From an uncultured Rivularia sp. (lineage in GTDB: Bacteria; Cyanobacteriota; Cyanobacteriia; Cyanobacteriales; Nostocaceae): a stretch of DNA of 64,000 nt. The position numbers were made by a program, and so were the translations under genes. This document shows positions 29,550 to 41,710 of this stretch, piece after piece. Below the pieces are notes generated by a model. The model had not been told where the DNA came from. It saw only the letters and a list, made by a program, of their open reading frames with translations, and ran no database searches. The stretch spans positions 7,136,001-7,200,000 of the forward strand of contig OY762007.1 of the NCBI GenBank assembly GCA_963665115.1, written 5' to 3'. Position 1 is the stretch's first letter. Each line of letters begins with the position of its first letter.

Positions 29550-32274
29550 GTGGCGAAGTTTACCTCTTGGTTCAAGCAAAGAGCAAATAGCTTGAGTAAC
29601 GGACTTAAGAATAATTCAAGTTCAAAATCGGATCGAGTTGATAAGAATTCGGAAAAAATTACGCAAGAAACACTCCCAAGCGAGTTGGTGGGAGCGAGAC
29701 AAGACGGAGAAGATTTGCAAGATTCACAGTTAATTACTAGAAAATTGTCGCCTCCTCCTCATTGGGTTGAGGTACAGCGCGATTCGGAATCAACTGAAGA
29801 ATCAACAGAGTCAACTCCAAATACTTTAAAGGGGAAAGCGAAGTTATTTTTAGGTAATACCAAGCACTTTTTAGGTGAAGCGAAAAAAGTTTCAACCAAG
29901 GTGCTTGATAAACTTCCCGGCAAGGGAAAACCGCTTTATCGTCGCTACTGGTTTTTGACTACTTTAGGTGTCAGTGGCGGGATAATGGCATTTAGTTATG
30001 GTGTATGGTCGATAGATAAAACTTTACCTTCCAAAGACCAATTAAGTGCTGCTGCCAGAGAAAAGACTTTGACAATTAAAGCTGGTAACGGCGAAATTTT
30101 GTATCAGCAAGGGGAAGCAACAAGGGAAAAGCTGAAAATAAAGCAGATTCCTGATAAATTGCAAAAAGCTTTTATTGCTTCGGAAGACAGAAGATTTAAG
30201 GAACATAGCGGTATTGATGCCAAAGGAATCTTGCGGGCTGCTACTAGTAACTTGCGATCGCAAGATGTGGTGCAAGGTGGAAGTACCATCACGCAACAGT
30301 TAGCGCGAATTCTATTTCTGAATCGCAATAAAACGGTAAATCGCAAACTGCAAGAAGTACGTTTGGCTCAGAAATTAGAGGAAGAGTTAACTAAAGACGA
30401 GATTTTAGAGCGGTATTTAAATCTAATATATTTAGGTTCCGGTGCTTATGGTGTAGCGGATGCGGCTTGGGTTTATTTTTCTAAGCCAGTAGGTGACTTA
30501 ACTTTGAGCGAAATGGCAACAATCGCCGGTTTGGCTCCCGCTCCCAATGTGTTCTCACCTGCGGAAAATCCAGAAGCTGCCAAACAGCGGCGCAATTTAG
30601 TATTACAACGGATGCTAGAAGATGGATTTATTACAGCAGCCGAGAAACAAAAGGCAGTATCCGAACCTTTAACTGTTAAAACTAGTTTGCCCAAAAGATA
30701 CAAAGTACAAGCGCCGTATTTTATCACCTATATTCAAAAAGAATTACCCAAATACGTAGAAAAAGATGTATTAGATGCCGGAGGATTGGTAGTAGAAACT
30801 ACTTTAAATCCAACTTGGCAGAAAGAAGCAGAGGAAGCAGTAGATAAAACCTTACGTAAGCAAGGGCGCTGGCAGCGATTTAAACAAGCTGCAATGGTTT
30901 CTATAGATCCCCGCAACGGCGAAATTAAAGCAATGGTTGGCGGTAAGGACTTTGGTAAAAACAAGTTTAATCGCGTAACCCAAGCCCAAAGGCAACCAGG
31001 TTCTACATTCAAAGGATTTGTTTACGCAGCAGCAGTAGCAGCTGGAAAAAGCCCCCTTGACGGTTATTTGGATGCGCCAATAGTAGTTGATGGTTATGAA
31101 CCCAAAAACTATGATGAAGGCTTCCGGGGCTGGATAAACATGAGAGATGCTCTCACCAGATCGATTAATATTGTCGCGGTGAGAATATTAATGAAAGTAG
31201 GATACCAGCCAACCATTGACTTAGCGCAGAAAATGGGAATTGAATCCGAAATCAAACCCGTTATTTCTATGGCTCTTGGTTCCAATGAAGTTAACTTATT
31301 AGAATTAACTAGCGCTTACGGTACCTTTGCCAACAAGGGAATGCACATAAAACCTCACGGTATTACCCGCGTTCTCAGTCGTAACGACGATGTAGTTTGG
31401 TCGGCGGATTTTAAAGGAAAACGAGCATTAGATGCTGATAGCTCGGCGATTACAACCTGGATGTTGCGGAACGTAGTCACATCCGGAACCGCTACCCGCG
31501 CTCAAATAGGTCGTCCCGCAGCAGGTAAAACGGGCACCACCGATGAAGCCAGGGATTTATGGTTTGTTGGTTTTATTCCTCAATTAGTAACAGGTGTATG
31601 GTTGGGCAACGATAACAACAAACCCACCAACGGCGACAGCACCACCGCCGCTTATACTTGGCGACAGTTTATGAAACAAGCCACCGATGGAATGCCCGTC
31701 GAGAAGTTTCCCGAACGACCCTAAGTTAACCGGAAGAAAAGCCAGCATTAAAGTAAAGCCAATTAAAGCTGTACGAATTATTAACAAGCCAATACCTAAA
31801 GCAGGCGATTCCGACGACGATACAGCAACTACAACTAATAGAAATTCTTCACGACGCAGAAGTACAAGAAGAAGGAGAAGAAGTACTACTACTAATAGTT
31901 CTACAAGTGGTAGCAATCGTCGTAGAAGAAGCAGAAGAACTCGTCGTAGAAGAAGCACTTCTCAAACCCAACAAAAATCGACTACTAGGACGCGCCGTCG
32001 TCGCAGTAATGTAAATTCCGGTTCATCCAGGAGAAAAACTTCAAGTCCATCTCGCACTCAACGGCGCAGAAGAACTAGCAAGCCAGCCTCCACCAGAAGA
32101 AACAGGCGCTCATCACCACCAGTAAGGAAACAGCGTTCGGCTCCAGTGAGGAGAAAGCGTTCAGTAGCTCCTAAGCCAAAGAGACGTTCGGCTCCAGCAC
32201 CAGCACCAAAGAAAAAATCAGCACCAAGTTCATCTGGTACATCATGGCGCGAAAAACTCAAGCCAGGGAGTTAA
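29550..32274 (+). CDS. Class A penicillin-binding protein (PBP1A family); apparent frameshift at about 31720
   Basis: EDRRF and GGSTITQQL transglycosylase motifs; STFK, SIN and KTG transpeptidase motifs. Removing one C from CGACCCTAAG joins the Arg-rich tail ORF. Confidence 0.92.
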
Positions 32275-32491
32275 CAGTTAACAGTTAACAGTGAGCAGTT
32301 AGGAGTTAGGAGTTGGGAATTGGGCATGGGGCGTAGGGCATTGGTAATTGGTAATTGATAATTGGTAATTGGTAATTATTCTCTCCCCCCTCTCCCCCTC
32401 TCCCCATCTCCCCCTCTTCCCTCACCCCAAAGTGATACGCTGTATTTAATACATTCATAGGCAATATTGCCTGTTTTGGGAGAAGAAATTT

Positions 32492-32716
32492 ATGTCTTTA
32501 TTAATGCAAGCAGCCGCACAAGCTGGGGCTGAAAGTGGTTTTCAGTTTCCTTTGGCTTTTACGCTCGTTTATGTAGTTGGCTTTATTGCTGCTGTGAGTA
32601 TTGGCTCGATTGCTTGGTATAATTCTAAGCGTCCTGCTGGTTGGGAAAGTAAAAAGCGTCCTGATTTTGTACCTGAAGTTGAAAAAGAAGATAATCCCGG
32701 TTTAGGTGGAAAATAA
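32492..32716 (+). CDS. psb35: Photosystem II assembly protein Psb35-like
   Basis: Single TM segment followed by IGSIAWYNSKRPAGWE. Confidence 0.78.
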   Translation: MSLLMQAAAQAGAESGFQFPLAFTLVYVVGFIAAVSIGSIAWYNSKRPAGWESKKRPDFVPEVEKEDNPGLGGK

Positions 32717-32752
32717 TTTAAGTAATTTATTTATTTAATTCAAAAACAAAAA

Positions 32753-32781
32753 AATAAGCCGGAGAGTTATTCCTCCGACTT
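32753..32781. terminator. Hairpin between convergent psb35 and PEP-CTERM genes; second copy at 34140-34168
   Basis: AATAAGCCGGAGAGTTATTCCTCCGACTT, 27/29 identical to the second copy. Confidence 0.65.
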
Positions 32782-32817
32782 TGTTTTATATTTGGTTTTG
32801 AAAGATTACAGATAAAC

Positions 32818-33585
32818 TTACGAAGCACTTTTCTGTTTGATTTTCTTGCTTGCACGCTTGCGGCGAGTAGCTGTTAATCCGACTCCTATAATGCTAATGC
32901 CTAATATGCTAGTAGGTTCTGGGACTGATGCTAAATTAGAACTTGATTGAGGAACTGGTGTAGATGTAGTTGTAAAGTTAACTGTTCCACCTTCGCCAAA
33001 GACTAAACTCGCTAATGTTGTAGCTAATGGGATATTAATATCCATTATCCCAGATAATGATGCCGCTATATTTCCAAAATCTTCTTCGCTAAATACAAAA
33101 TCCAAACCATCTGCTGTAAAATTATCATCTCCTAAATCAAATCCAAAGGTGAAAGTGAGATTTTCTTCCCCAAAATCACCATCCCCTACATAATTTGAAT
33201 CTTCACCATCTAATACGCTTGGTAAAATACCTTGATATTTAGCTGGCACAAAAGCCTGATTCAGTGCAAGGAATGGACTGGGACTTGCTTTTACACCATC
33301 CAAGGTTAAACTCTCATTAAACCCAAAGGCACCAACCGATACGTTAAATTCTTCTAATTTGTAGCTGAATAAACCTGCATCGTTTCCGGTAAGCTCAGTT
33401 TTATCGAAAGAAAAATCTCCCGTTGCAATTTCACTATTTAAACTATTTGAAGTAACGCTAAAGTTGGAAGTGTAAGACATAGTTGCAGCTTGAGCCGAAC
33501 TTGCCATCATTGTTCCGGTTAAAGCAACCCCGGCAACAGTACTAGCCCCAAATAAAGCTGCTTTTTGAAAGATATTTGAAAACAT
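32818..33585 (-). CDS. PEP-CTERM sorting domain protein
   Basis: Signal peptide ending AQA; C-terminal VPEPTS, TM helix and RRKR. Confidence 0.93.
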   Translation of the reverse strand: MFSNIFQKAALFGASTVAGVALTGTMMASSAQAATMSYTSNFSVTSNSLNSEIATGDFSFDKTELTGNDAGLFSYKLEEFNVSVGAFGFNESLTLDGVKASPSPFLALNQAFVPAKYQGILPSVLDGEDSNYVGDGDFGEENLTFTFGFDLGDDNFTADGLDFVFSEEDFGNIAASLSGIMDINIPLATTLASLVFGEGGTVNFTTTSTPVPQSSSNLASVPEPTSILGISIIGVGLTATRRKRASKKIKQKSAS

Positions 33586-33840
33586 ATTAAAGACTCCTAA
33601 AAAATTTTATACAAATGATGACTCAACTTTTTGCAGCCTAACACCAAGACTTTCAAAGCTTCCAGAGGAATCATAAACTCTTCATCAAAGTAATATTAAT
33701 ATCTTTATAAATAGTAGTTATACTTATCAACTTTTATCAACAAATATGAATTTTTTGGGTGTTGTTAGCCGTTTTCGTGACGCACTATTATTGATAGATA
33801 AATTAAAATACACGCTTATTAATTATTCGTTGAAAATTGT

Positions 33841-34070
33841 TACTAAGCTGCACGCTCCGCGTGAACGGGTTCAACACTTTGCTTATGCCGGGGAACCTGT
33901 CCATCGCAAGTGTTTCACCGCAACGCACTGCTCTCCAGGCCCAAAAACAAAGTCTGATAAATCAAGGCTGGGTATAGTTTTTAGTGCGTTTTAACGTACT
34001 TTGTATATGAGCCTTGAAATTAATTTCGAGGCGGTTGTGAAGGCTTAACGACATTGGTGCAAGATATCAG
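33841..34070. repeat. Composite dispersed repeat / nested small elements
   Basis: GC-richer non-coding stretch with several hairpins (AACACTTTGC...GCAAGTGTT, GCCTTGAAATTAATTTCGAGGC), ending GTGCAAGATATCAG. Confidence 0.45.
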
Positions 34071-34453
34071 ATTCATAGGACTGAAAAATTATCTGCGAGA
34101 TTACAAACTAATGTGATTGAATATAAGTATTGATATGAGAATAAGCCGGGGAGTTATCCCTCCGACTTAAATAAAATATGTATTAAAATTAACCACAAGG
34201 ATTTCCAAGATTTTCTACTGTGCGATTATTTCTTTATTGAAGCTATAAGTTTGTCTTTATAATTAGTGTTTTTACGTATTTATGGAATAAACGTTAAGAG
34301 CGAATAAACCGGGTTTCTATGAATGGAAAAACGAATATTTTCGTAATTTTTCGACAAGAAACCCGGTTTAGAACACAGCATACGAAGCTCAATACTTAGT
34401 TTATAAATAGTATCTCAACTCCTAACTCGCAACTCTTAACTCCTAACTCTTGT

Positions 34454-34876
34454 TCACTTCTGCACGTCAACCCAACGACGGTACATTTTTTGCACTTGTT
34501 GGAGGATTAGATTTGAACGTTTGTGGTTTGATTCGCTTTTACTAGACAAGTCTTGTATCTTAGCTAATAACTTGGCTTCTTCAATCGCTACTTCACCATC
34601 GCTGTAAATTAAACCACCGATTTCTTGAATTAGATTCTGACAATCTTCAGTGGTTGGAGAATTACCCAAATATTGCTTAATCCATTCGTAACATTCTTCT
34701 GGTTTGACAGGAACTAATTCGTACAGCCAAGGTTTGATTTCTGGATCTGTGGCAATACCTTTTTCTTGAGCTATTTGCTGAAGATACTGCCTTTCTTCCG
34801 GCTGAATCTTACCATCAATCCAAGCTGCTGCAATTAAAATTTTTAACAACTGTTTGACATCAGGTTTCTTTATCAT
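34454..34876 (-). CDS. TerB-family protein
   Basis: LIAAAWIDGKIQPEERQYL and LIYSDGEVAIEEAKLL motifs; GGAGG RBS before the ATG. Confidence 0.85.
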   Translation of the reverse strand: MIKKPDVKQLLKILIAAAWIDGKIQPEERQYLQQIAQEKGIATDPEIKPWLYELVPVKPEECYEWIKQYLGNSPTTEDCQNLIQEIGGLIYSDGEVAIEEAKLLAKIQDLSSKSESNHKRSNLILQQVQKMYRRWVDVQK

Positions 34877-34921
34877 GTTCACCTCCTCTAATAAATTTTC
34901 TCTTAACAAAATCTTACAGTT

Positions 34922-36343
34922 TTAATTATGCTTTTTTCTGTCCCTTTTTCTTAAATTCACCATAAAAAAACCATCCATATCATGTTTATGGGGTAATACT
35001 TTAATCCAACCTTCGGGGGTAGAATATTCATGAATAGGTGAATCTGTATCGGGAAGTTCGATTTGCCAATTGGGATTTGATTCTAAAAATGATTTTATAA
35101 CAGCTTCGTTTTCTGCTGGATGCAGCGTACAGGTTGAATAAACCAAAGAGCCATTATCTTTAACGAATTTGGAAGTATTTAATAAAAGTTCTCTTTGAAG
35201 TATAGAAAGTTCTTCTATATTTTCCGGTGTTTGTCTAAAACGTGCATCTGCATGACGGTGGAGAGTTCCCAAACCGGAGCAAGGAACGTCAAGCAGTACT
35301 TTATCGGCTAATATATCTTCAAGATCGATAAATTTATCTAAATCGCGACTGTCACCTACGCAAATCTCAATTGATTTTAAATTTAGTCTTTGAGTATTTT
35401 GTTGCAGCTTACGCAGACGCGAAGCAGTGCGATCGCAAGCAAAAATTTTCCCTGTATCCCGCATCATTTCTGCAATATGGGTTGTTTTACCTCCGGGAGC
35501 AGCGCAGGCATCAATTATTACTTCATTTTGTTGAGGTTTAAGTAAATAACTCACTAATTGAGCGCTGCTATCTTGTACTGTCCACCATCCTTCATTAAAA
35601 CCAGGTAAATTTTTAATTGCACCAGCAGAGCTTAATAAACGTAAAGCTTGCGGTAAATTAGCAACCCGTTGAGATAAAACACCTCGCTCTTTTAATGCTG
35701 TTTCAACTTGCTCCACAGAAGAACAAAGTTGGTTAACTCGCAAATCAATACTTGGAGTTCGATTCATCCATTCACATAATTTCTCCGTTTCCGAAAAACC
35801 GAACTGTTCTATCCATACATTTACAATCCAATCGGGAAAACTATATAAAATACCCAACCTTTCTGATTCTTTTTCAGGTAGTTCAATCGGAATTATTGTA
35901 CTTTTATTTTCTCCCCCCTCTCCCTTCTCTTCCCCCAACCGAATATATTGTCGTAACAAACCATTAACAAAACCAGAAAGGCCAGGAAAACCATTGTCTT
36001 TAGCTAATTGAACCGTAGTATTAACGGCAGCACTAGGGGGAATTCGTTCTTGAAATTGCAGTTGATATAAACCCAAATGTAAAATGCAGCGAAGTAATAA
36101 AGGTTGCTGATGAGATTTTTTTCGAGCTAACTCATCAATAATTGCATCAAGAGTTCGCTGTCTTCTGACGCTACCGTAAACTAATTCTGTTACCAAACGG
36201 CGCTCGTTATCGGGTAAATCAACTTTTCTTATAGCCCTATCCAATGCTACGTCGGCATAAGCCCCCTTGTGGACATCTCGCAGGGCTATTAAAGCTTGTT
36301 GACGGGAAGATGGGGGATTGGGCATTGGGAGATGGGGAGACAA
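34922..36343 (-). CDS. rsmB: 16S rRNA (cytosine967-C5)-methyltransferase
   Basis: NusB-like N-terminus; QDSSAQ, DACAAPGGKT, DVPCSGLG and YSTCT motifs. Confidence 0.95.
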   Translation of the reverse strand: MSPHLPMPNPPSSRQQALIALRDVHKGAYADVALDRAIRKVDLPDNERRLVTELVYGSVRRQRTLDAIIDELARKKSHQQPLLLRCILHLGLYQLQFQERIPPSAAVNTTVQLAKDNGFPGLSGFVNGLLRQYIRLGEEKGEGGENKSTIIPIELPEKESERLGILYSFPDWIVNVWIEQFGFSETEKLCEWMNRTPSIDLRVNQLCSSVEQVETALKERGVLSQRVANLPQALRLLSSAGAIKNLPGFNEGWWTVQDSSAQLVSYLLKPQQNEVIIDACAAPGGKTTHIAEMMRDTGKIFACDRTASRLRKLQQNTQRLNLKSIEICVGDSRDLDKFIDLEDILADKVLLDVPCSGLGTLHRHADARFRQTPENIEELSILQRELLLNTSKFVKDNGSLVYSTCTLHPAENEAVIKSFLESNPNWQIELPDTDSPIHEYSTPEGWIKVLPHKHDMDGFFMVNLRKRDRKKHN

Positions 36344-36579
36344 GGGGACAAGGGGAAAGTTAGGAGTTGGGAGTTAGGAGTTGGGAGTTAGGAGTTGGGA
36401 GTTATAGATTTAACTATTAATTACATCGATCGCTGTTTAACAATTACCAATTCCCAATTACCGATTACCAATCCTCAAACAAACAAATAAATAAATAATC
36501 CTTCTCACTGTACCTTGAATTAGCAAGAAGGATTGCAAAAGTTATTAGCATTCTATCTTTCCCAATGCCCAATGCCCTA

Positions 36580-38016
36580 TTAAGCATCAAAGCTATCAAT
36601 TTCAAATTCACAAGCTCTTGAGTCAGATTCCATAGTAAATGGCTCGAAGTTAAGTAATGATAAATGAGATGGTTCTTTAATCATTTCTTTTGCTAATAGC
36701 AATCCGGCAACTGTCCAAGTTTGATATTTTCTGGATTGCTTACCAATTAATCTTCCTCGCTTACCATCATAATATTCTGGCCATTCATCTTCTTGAAGAC
36801 GTAACTGAGCAATATGAATCGCTCTTTCGGCAATACATATTTTATTTGTTTTAATAGCCGCAGCCGTTAACATCCACATCAAAACTGGCCAGCTTCCACC
36901 ATTATGATAAGACCAAGGAATATTCTTGGGGTCGCATCCAGTTATGATTTTATATTCTTCATTTTCTAATGCAGGAAATGTAATCTTCATCGGCATATCT
37001 CCCACCAAATCTTCCCATCTTTTTTCAATGAGAGTCATAATGGCTTCAGACTGTTCTTCACTCGCTAAATCGGAAATAATCGCCATCAAATTTCCTAAAG
37101 AAAAGAAACGAGTATCCATCTGTGATGGGCCAATATTACCTGCTAAAAACCCACCTTTTTTAGGCAACCACTTAGCTAATTCGTTGTAAGGCAGCGAATC
37201 TACATACACGTTAAATTCATTGACAGCCTCTTTACCGTATTCTTCACCTTTGTAGCGATAAATAGCATTAAGACGTTTAATATCTATCCAATAATGTTTG
37301 CGAATATGGGCGCGTAAAATAGGTAAACGATTATCAATTGCAATCACCCAATCTTGATTGCCCTGACAAATTAACATTTCTCGTGCCGCACGCAATGCTC
37401 CATAAAATAAAGATTGAATTTCTAAAGGATGCCCGTAAATGCCCAAACGTCTATCAATCATGCAAGCTCCATCTGGAACTAATAACGTTGGGTACATATC
37501 AAAACGAGTTGCCAAACAAAGTTCTAAAATTAGCCCAATACCTGTTTGAAACTCTGGTTGATATACCAGTGAATAATCTTTTGTCGCAACTACATAAGCG
37601 CGTAATATTATCAGCCACCACAGACAAGAATCAATTGGTGTTACTCTTGCGATCGCGTGTTCGCCAAAATCCGCTTCTAGATATTCCTCTCCATTCTTGG
37701 ACACTACTTTGAAACTAGCTGGCATTAAGCCTTGCCCTGGTTTGTAAGCATCCAATTGATTATCTTTTGGCTGCAACTTCAAAGTTTCTTCTAGAAAGTT
37801 ACGGACTATATCCGTTTCTCCTTTAATTAGAAAAAGTAGAGCAGATGAAGCAAAATCTCGGACAAAACACTGGTCGTAGTTTAATGAATTAACGCTTCCA
37901 TCTAAAGCCGCTACCGTACCAACGGGACGACCTTTATAGTAGATGATGGTCTTCTGGATCTGTTCCCATCCTTCTTTTTCTACTTTGTCAATTGCTTCCA
38001 AATCTTCTAGTTGCAT
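36580..38016 (-). CDS. Alkaline/neutral invertase (GH100), probably InvB type
   Basis: [35 protein letters not shown] and WPEYYDG motifs. Confidence 0.93.
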   Translation of the reverse strand: MQLEDLEAIDKVEKEGWEQIQKTIIYYKGRPVGTVAALDGSVNSLNYDQCFVRDFASSALLFLIKGETDIVRNFLEETLKLQPKDNQLDAYKPGQGLMPASFKVVSKNGEEYLEADFGEHAIARVTPIDSCLWWLIILRAYVVATKDYSLVYQPEFQTGIGLILELCLATRFDMYPTLLVPDGACMIDRRLGIYGHPLEIQSLFYGALRAAREMLICQGNQDWVIAIDNRLPILRAHIRKHYWIDIKRLNAIYRYKGEEYGKEAVNEFNVYVDSLPYNELAKWLPKKGGFLAGNIGPSQMDTRFFSLGNLMAIISDLASEEQSEAIMTLIEKRWEDLVGDMPMKITFPALENEEYKIITGCDPKNIPWSYHNGGSWPVLMWMLTAAAIKTNKICIAERAIHIAQLRLQEDEWPEYYDGKRGRLIGKQSRKYQTWTVAGLLLAKEMIKEPSHLSLLNFEPFTMESDSRACEFEIDSFDA

Positions 38017-38984
38017 ATCTAGTAAAACTCCTTTGTGCGGTTAATATAATTAGTACGAGCTATTTATAGATTCCCCTACCCTTTTGTTATCGGGTAATTT
38101 ATTAAAATTTTTCATAATGCATGATATTTAGCATGAATAAGATACTCACCAAAAATCACCTTTTTACTGATTGTTTCTCATTATTTATAATGTCAAGTAA
38201 ATACATTTTAAACACCTGCTTTTTTCTTGCAGATAATGAGAATATCTTTGAATAAAGATACTCACAAATGATATGTTTCCGATCTATCTATGTAGCTGCA
38301 TTATTACTAATTATAACAATTTTTTATTTCATGCAACAATATTTGAATATTTTTATGCAGTTTTTTTTGAGAAATTAAATATTAGTAAGCTCTTGTTTAA
38401 ACAAAATTTTTGCTCATAATCTATAAGAAAATTTTCCGAATAGAAATCACAATAACTTGCTATCAAAATAAAGCAAATAACTCTCATTTACATAAAAAAT
38501 CTTTAGAATCGGATATTTAAATATTCTTGGCAAAAAATACAATATTTTATGAATTTAACAAGCCAAATATGTTTATGGTAATAAAATTTACTATAGGCTA
38601 AAAATATAATTAAGTCTGTTTCTGCCATTTCGACTCGATCATATATAAGATAATTGCTATTTAACCTAATTCGCTAATAATTGCAACTATAAAAAAAACT
38701 AAAATATATAACTGTATATAAAACTACAAAACTAGTTACTAGCCTCATAACCTACATAAACAGTTATAGATAGATATACTATTTTAATTGTCTAATAATT
38801 CACATATAGACTGTTGAGTTGAGTAAAAGTTGAAATAAATTTATTGCAATAGGGTTTGACCTCAATGATAGGAATAAGTATATTAATCTTCTAGTTTGTT
38901 TACTTAATATAAAGCAACCGCTAAGCGATCGAGCTTCCGGTCTAATGCTATACGGCGGCAATGAACAATAGAACAACGGCATTC

Positions 38985-39000
38985 TGTAACCATTGCTACA
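38985..39000. promoter_or_regulatory. Candidate NtcA box
   Basis: TGTA-ACCATTGC-TACA in the 1.5 kb divergent intergenic region; no canonically spaced -10 seen. Confidence 0.4.
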
Positions 39001-39556
39001 GAAATTATATCAAATCTTAAAGACTCTTCAAGTTTTTCAACTCTCAACTATACAAAGTATTGGTAAACTATTATAAAAATCTGATAAAGCTTTAATGCAT
39101 TTACGACTCAGATAAACCCTCTATCGTAAAAAATTGTTAGCAGTACTACATTTACCGTTGTTGCTGTACAAGTCTAAATATCATTTTTTTAAAGATTATT
39201 GCTTGTCAAACTGCGGTTTGACAAGGACAGTTTATACTGAGATGTATCAACAGACTTTAGTACTTATACAGGATACAATACTTACCCGTCACAGCTATTG
39301 AGTAAAACTAACTATTTGCATTCGCTTGTAGTAGCTAAGAATATTTATGACGACGAAAATACTTAAATAGCGAGCTTTGAAACAATATAAAAACATTAAG
39401 ACAAGATATTTTCATAAAACTTAGCTGACAATTTAATTTATTTTACTTGTATTATATTTACACTATATTTAATATACATTTTATACGACATATAAAAAAC
39501 AAGTATTTCAGTACAGCGATTATTATTCATCGCATAAAAAAACAAAGGAAAGATAT

Positions 39557-40624
39557 ATGTTAAAAGCTTCTGAAATTGTGAAAACGCCTTCAGCCGAACG
39601 CTTACTTAATCTTTGGGCACGGCGTTATACACCTGAAATATCTTCCCTGTTGGCGAATACTTCATCTTGCAATGAATTATTAAAAGCAACAACACCAGAA
39701 GGTAGAGCCCTAACCGGCAACAAGTTAAAAGAAAAAATGCTGGATGTAAATTGCCAGATGGGGTGGATACAAACTAAAAATCTCTACAGCTATATTCCTA
39801 ACGTTTTAGATTTAACTGAAGCAAGACGTATTACAAAGTTTGCTTTCCGCGTTTATAGAAAATTATTAGAAATTTATCAACAGCAGTCACCAAAAATAGA
39901 AGTAGAAAATAATTCTCTTTCTCAATGGGTTATACCAGCAGTTGAAGAACTTGGATATGCTTTAGAACCCATATTAATTATATTTCAGGAGCAGCACGTA
40001 GCATCTAAAGATTGGCGAAGCCTTGGTTTTATGACTTCGCAACTTAATTTTACTAATAAATTAATGTTAAAGCGGTTGACAACAGCCGAACAAGTATTGC
40101 TAGCTCCTTACTTAAAATTCGTCGAAGAACAAGTAGCAATGCCTTGGCAAAGAGTTTGTTCCAATGCCGCTAATTATGAACTAAATTCGCCGGAATTGAA
40201 ACTTGTAGAACAATTGATGCCAGCTTCGTCAGAAATTGCTCAATCAGTTCATTGCAAGCTAATCGAATTGTTGCCTAATAATCGTAGTAGAAGAGGAAAA
40301 TTAACCGATAAGAGTATATCTCATTCTTGTCTCCGCGACTTAAATATGTTCCAAGCTTATCTTTTATTATGCTTTTTAGAAAAGAGTATGGCACCAATCC
40401 AAGAAGAATTAATTCCTTTATGCGCGATGGTAGTACAAGGGGTTGAAATTAAATGGGAATTAACTCAAAAATGGTGCGAAGTGTTAGCTACCGAAATGGA
40501 AAGCCGTTTGGATTCCGAGCAAAAGAATTTATTGCAGCCTTATACTCAAGGAATGAAACAGGCGTTTTTTACAGAGCGTAGAAGTTTGGGGTATAAAGAA
40601 GGAATGACGGCAGAGATTGTTTGA
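39557..40624 (+). CDS. Hypothetical protein (355 aa)
   Basis: Long ORF with an AAGGA RBS; no motif recognised. Confidence 0.85.
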   Translation: MLKASEIVKTPSAERLLNLWARRYTPEISSLLANTSSCNELLKATTPEGRALTGNKLKEKMLDVNCQMGWIQTKNLYSYIPNVLDLTEARRITKFAFRVYRKLLEIYQQQSPKIEVENNSLSQWVIPAVEELGYALEPILIIFQEQHVASKDWRSLGFMTSQLNFTNKLMLKRLTTAEQVLLAPYLKFVEEQVAMPWQRVCSNAANYELNSPELKLVEQLMPASSEIAQSVHCKLIELLPNNRSRRGKLTDKSISHSCLRDLNMFQAYLLLCFLEKSMAPIQEELIPLCAMVVQGVEIKWELTQKWCEVLATEMESRLDSEQKNLLQPYTQGMKQAFFTERRSLGYKEGMTAEIV

Positions 40625-40813
40625 TTATTGAGGCGTTTAATAATAGATTAGTTAGCTGGATTATCAGGCTACAACAAGCGGTGTAATTGACTGTATTAAG
40701 AAATAAGTAAAATCATGTCATGCTAATTCGATCGGATAAGGTAATTTTAATTTCCCGATTCACTTTTTTAACGGGAGTGTTTTTGATATTCGCTTCCCGC
40801 CACCAAGTGTCTA

Positions 40814-41710
40814 TCAGTCAGCTAAAAGTTGTTTTTTAAGACTCTGTAATTCGTCTTCAATTTCAAGCGCTGCAAATTGTGGATTTAAATCCTCTCCAGA
40901 TAAAAAGGTTTGTAGCTCTTGTTTTGCTGCGGAATAAAAATCCATTTCCAATATTTTTTCTTCTATTCGCTCGAAAGCCTGTATTGGAGTTTCGCTGATT
41001 GCTGTTTTATTTGTTGTTGTTTCGCTCAACATTTTCGCAACACCATAAGCAGCAAGCCCAACAACTCCACCTAAAGCTGCCATCGGTATTGTACCAATTC
41101 CAACTGCCAATCCTATTTTTGGCGCGACTAATCCCATAGTTCCCACGAAGCTAGAAACACTTGCACCGCCGATACTACCGATGGCGATCGCACTGATTGC
41201 AACATTATCTCCTTCGATTGCTTGCAAAGCACCATAAGTTGCTGCACCAGTAACAGCACCAGCACAAACTACAGGTGCTGCTCCAATTCCGATACCTCCG
41301 AAACTTCCAGCTAAACCCATTCCACCAATTATCGGAGAAAGATTAGCACCCGCAATAGTTCCAGTAGCAATAAAAGCGGCTCCCGCAACAATATTTTTTC
41401 GTGTTTGAGAAACTTGATCTTGGTAATAACTAAAGTCTGTTTTAATTTTACTCAATTGTGATGTTTGCTCATCAATAATATTTTTCAATCTGCTGGCAAT
41501 TTCTTCGCAGCGCTGTTTTTTATATTTAGCACGAGAAATTAAATCATCTCGATTTGAAGCAAGAGTAAGTTGATATACCTTAGTCCATTCCGAGGCTTTA
41601 GCTTGAGCTTTTTCAAAATCTTTTTGAGTAGCGCGTAGTTTTTCTAATTTATCCTGCTGTACATTCATTTGATTGTGTTCCATAATTTTCCCATCTTTAT
41701 ACTCGTTCAC
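40814..41710 (-). CDS. PspA/Vipp1-like coiled-coil protein with an internal duplicated glycine-zipper module
   Basis: N part EKAQAKASEWTKVYQLTLASNRDDLISRAKYKK and C part AFERIEEKILE...LNPQFAALEIEDELQSLKKQL resemble PspA/IM30; a Gly-rich hydrophobic middle of about 125 aa lies between. Confidence 0.7.
   Translation of the reverse strand: MNEYKDGKIMEHNQMNVQQDKLEKLRATQKDFEKAQAKASEWTKVYQLTLASNRDDLISRAKYKKQRCEEIASRLKNIIDEQTSQLSKIKTDFSYYQDQVSQTRKNIVAGAAFIATGTIAGANLSPIIGGMGLAGSFGGIGIGAAPVVCAGAVTGAATYGALQAIEGDNVAISAIAIGSIGGASVSSFVGTMGLVAPKIGLAVGIGTIPMAALGGVVGLAAYGVAKMLSETTTNKTAISETPIQAFERIEEKILEMDFYSAAKQELQTFLSGEDLNPQFAALEIEDELQSLKKQLLAD

Noticed and set aside
33746..33994. 82-aa ORF here and the 64-aa ORF at 54252-54446
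   Set aside because: Both read through dispersed repeat elements and have no protein-like features.
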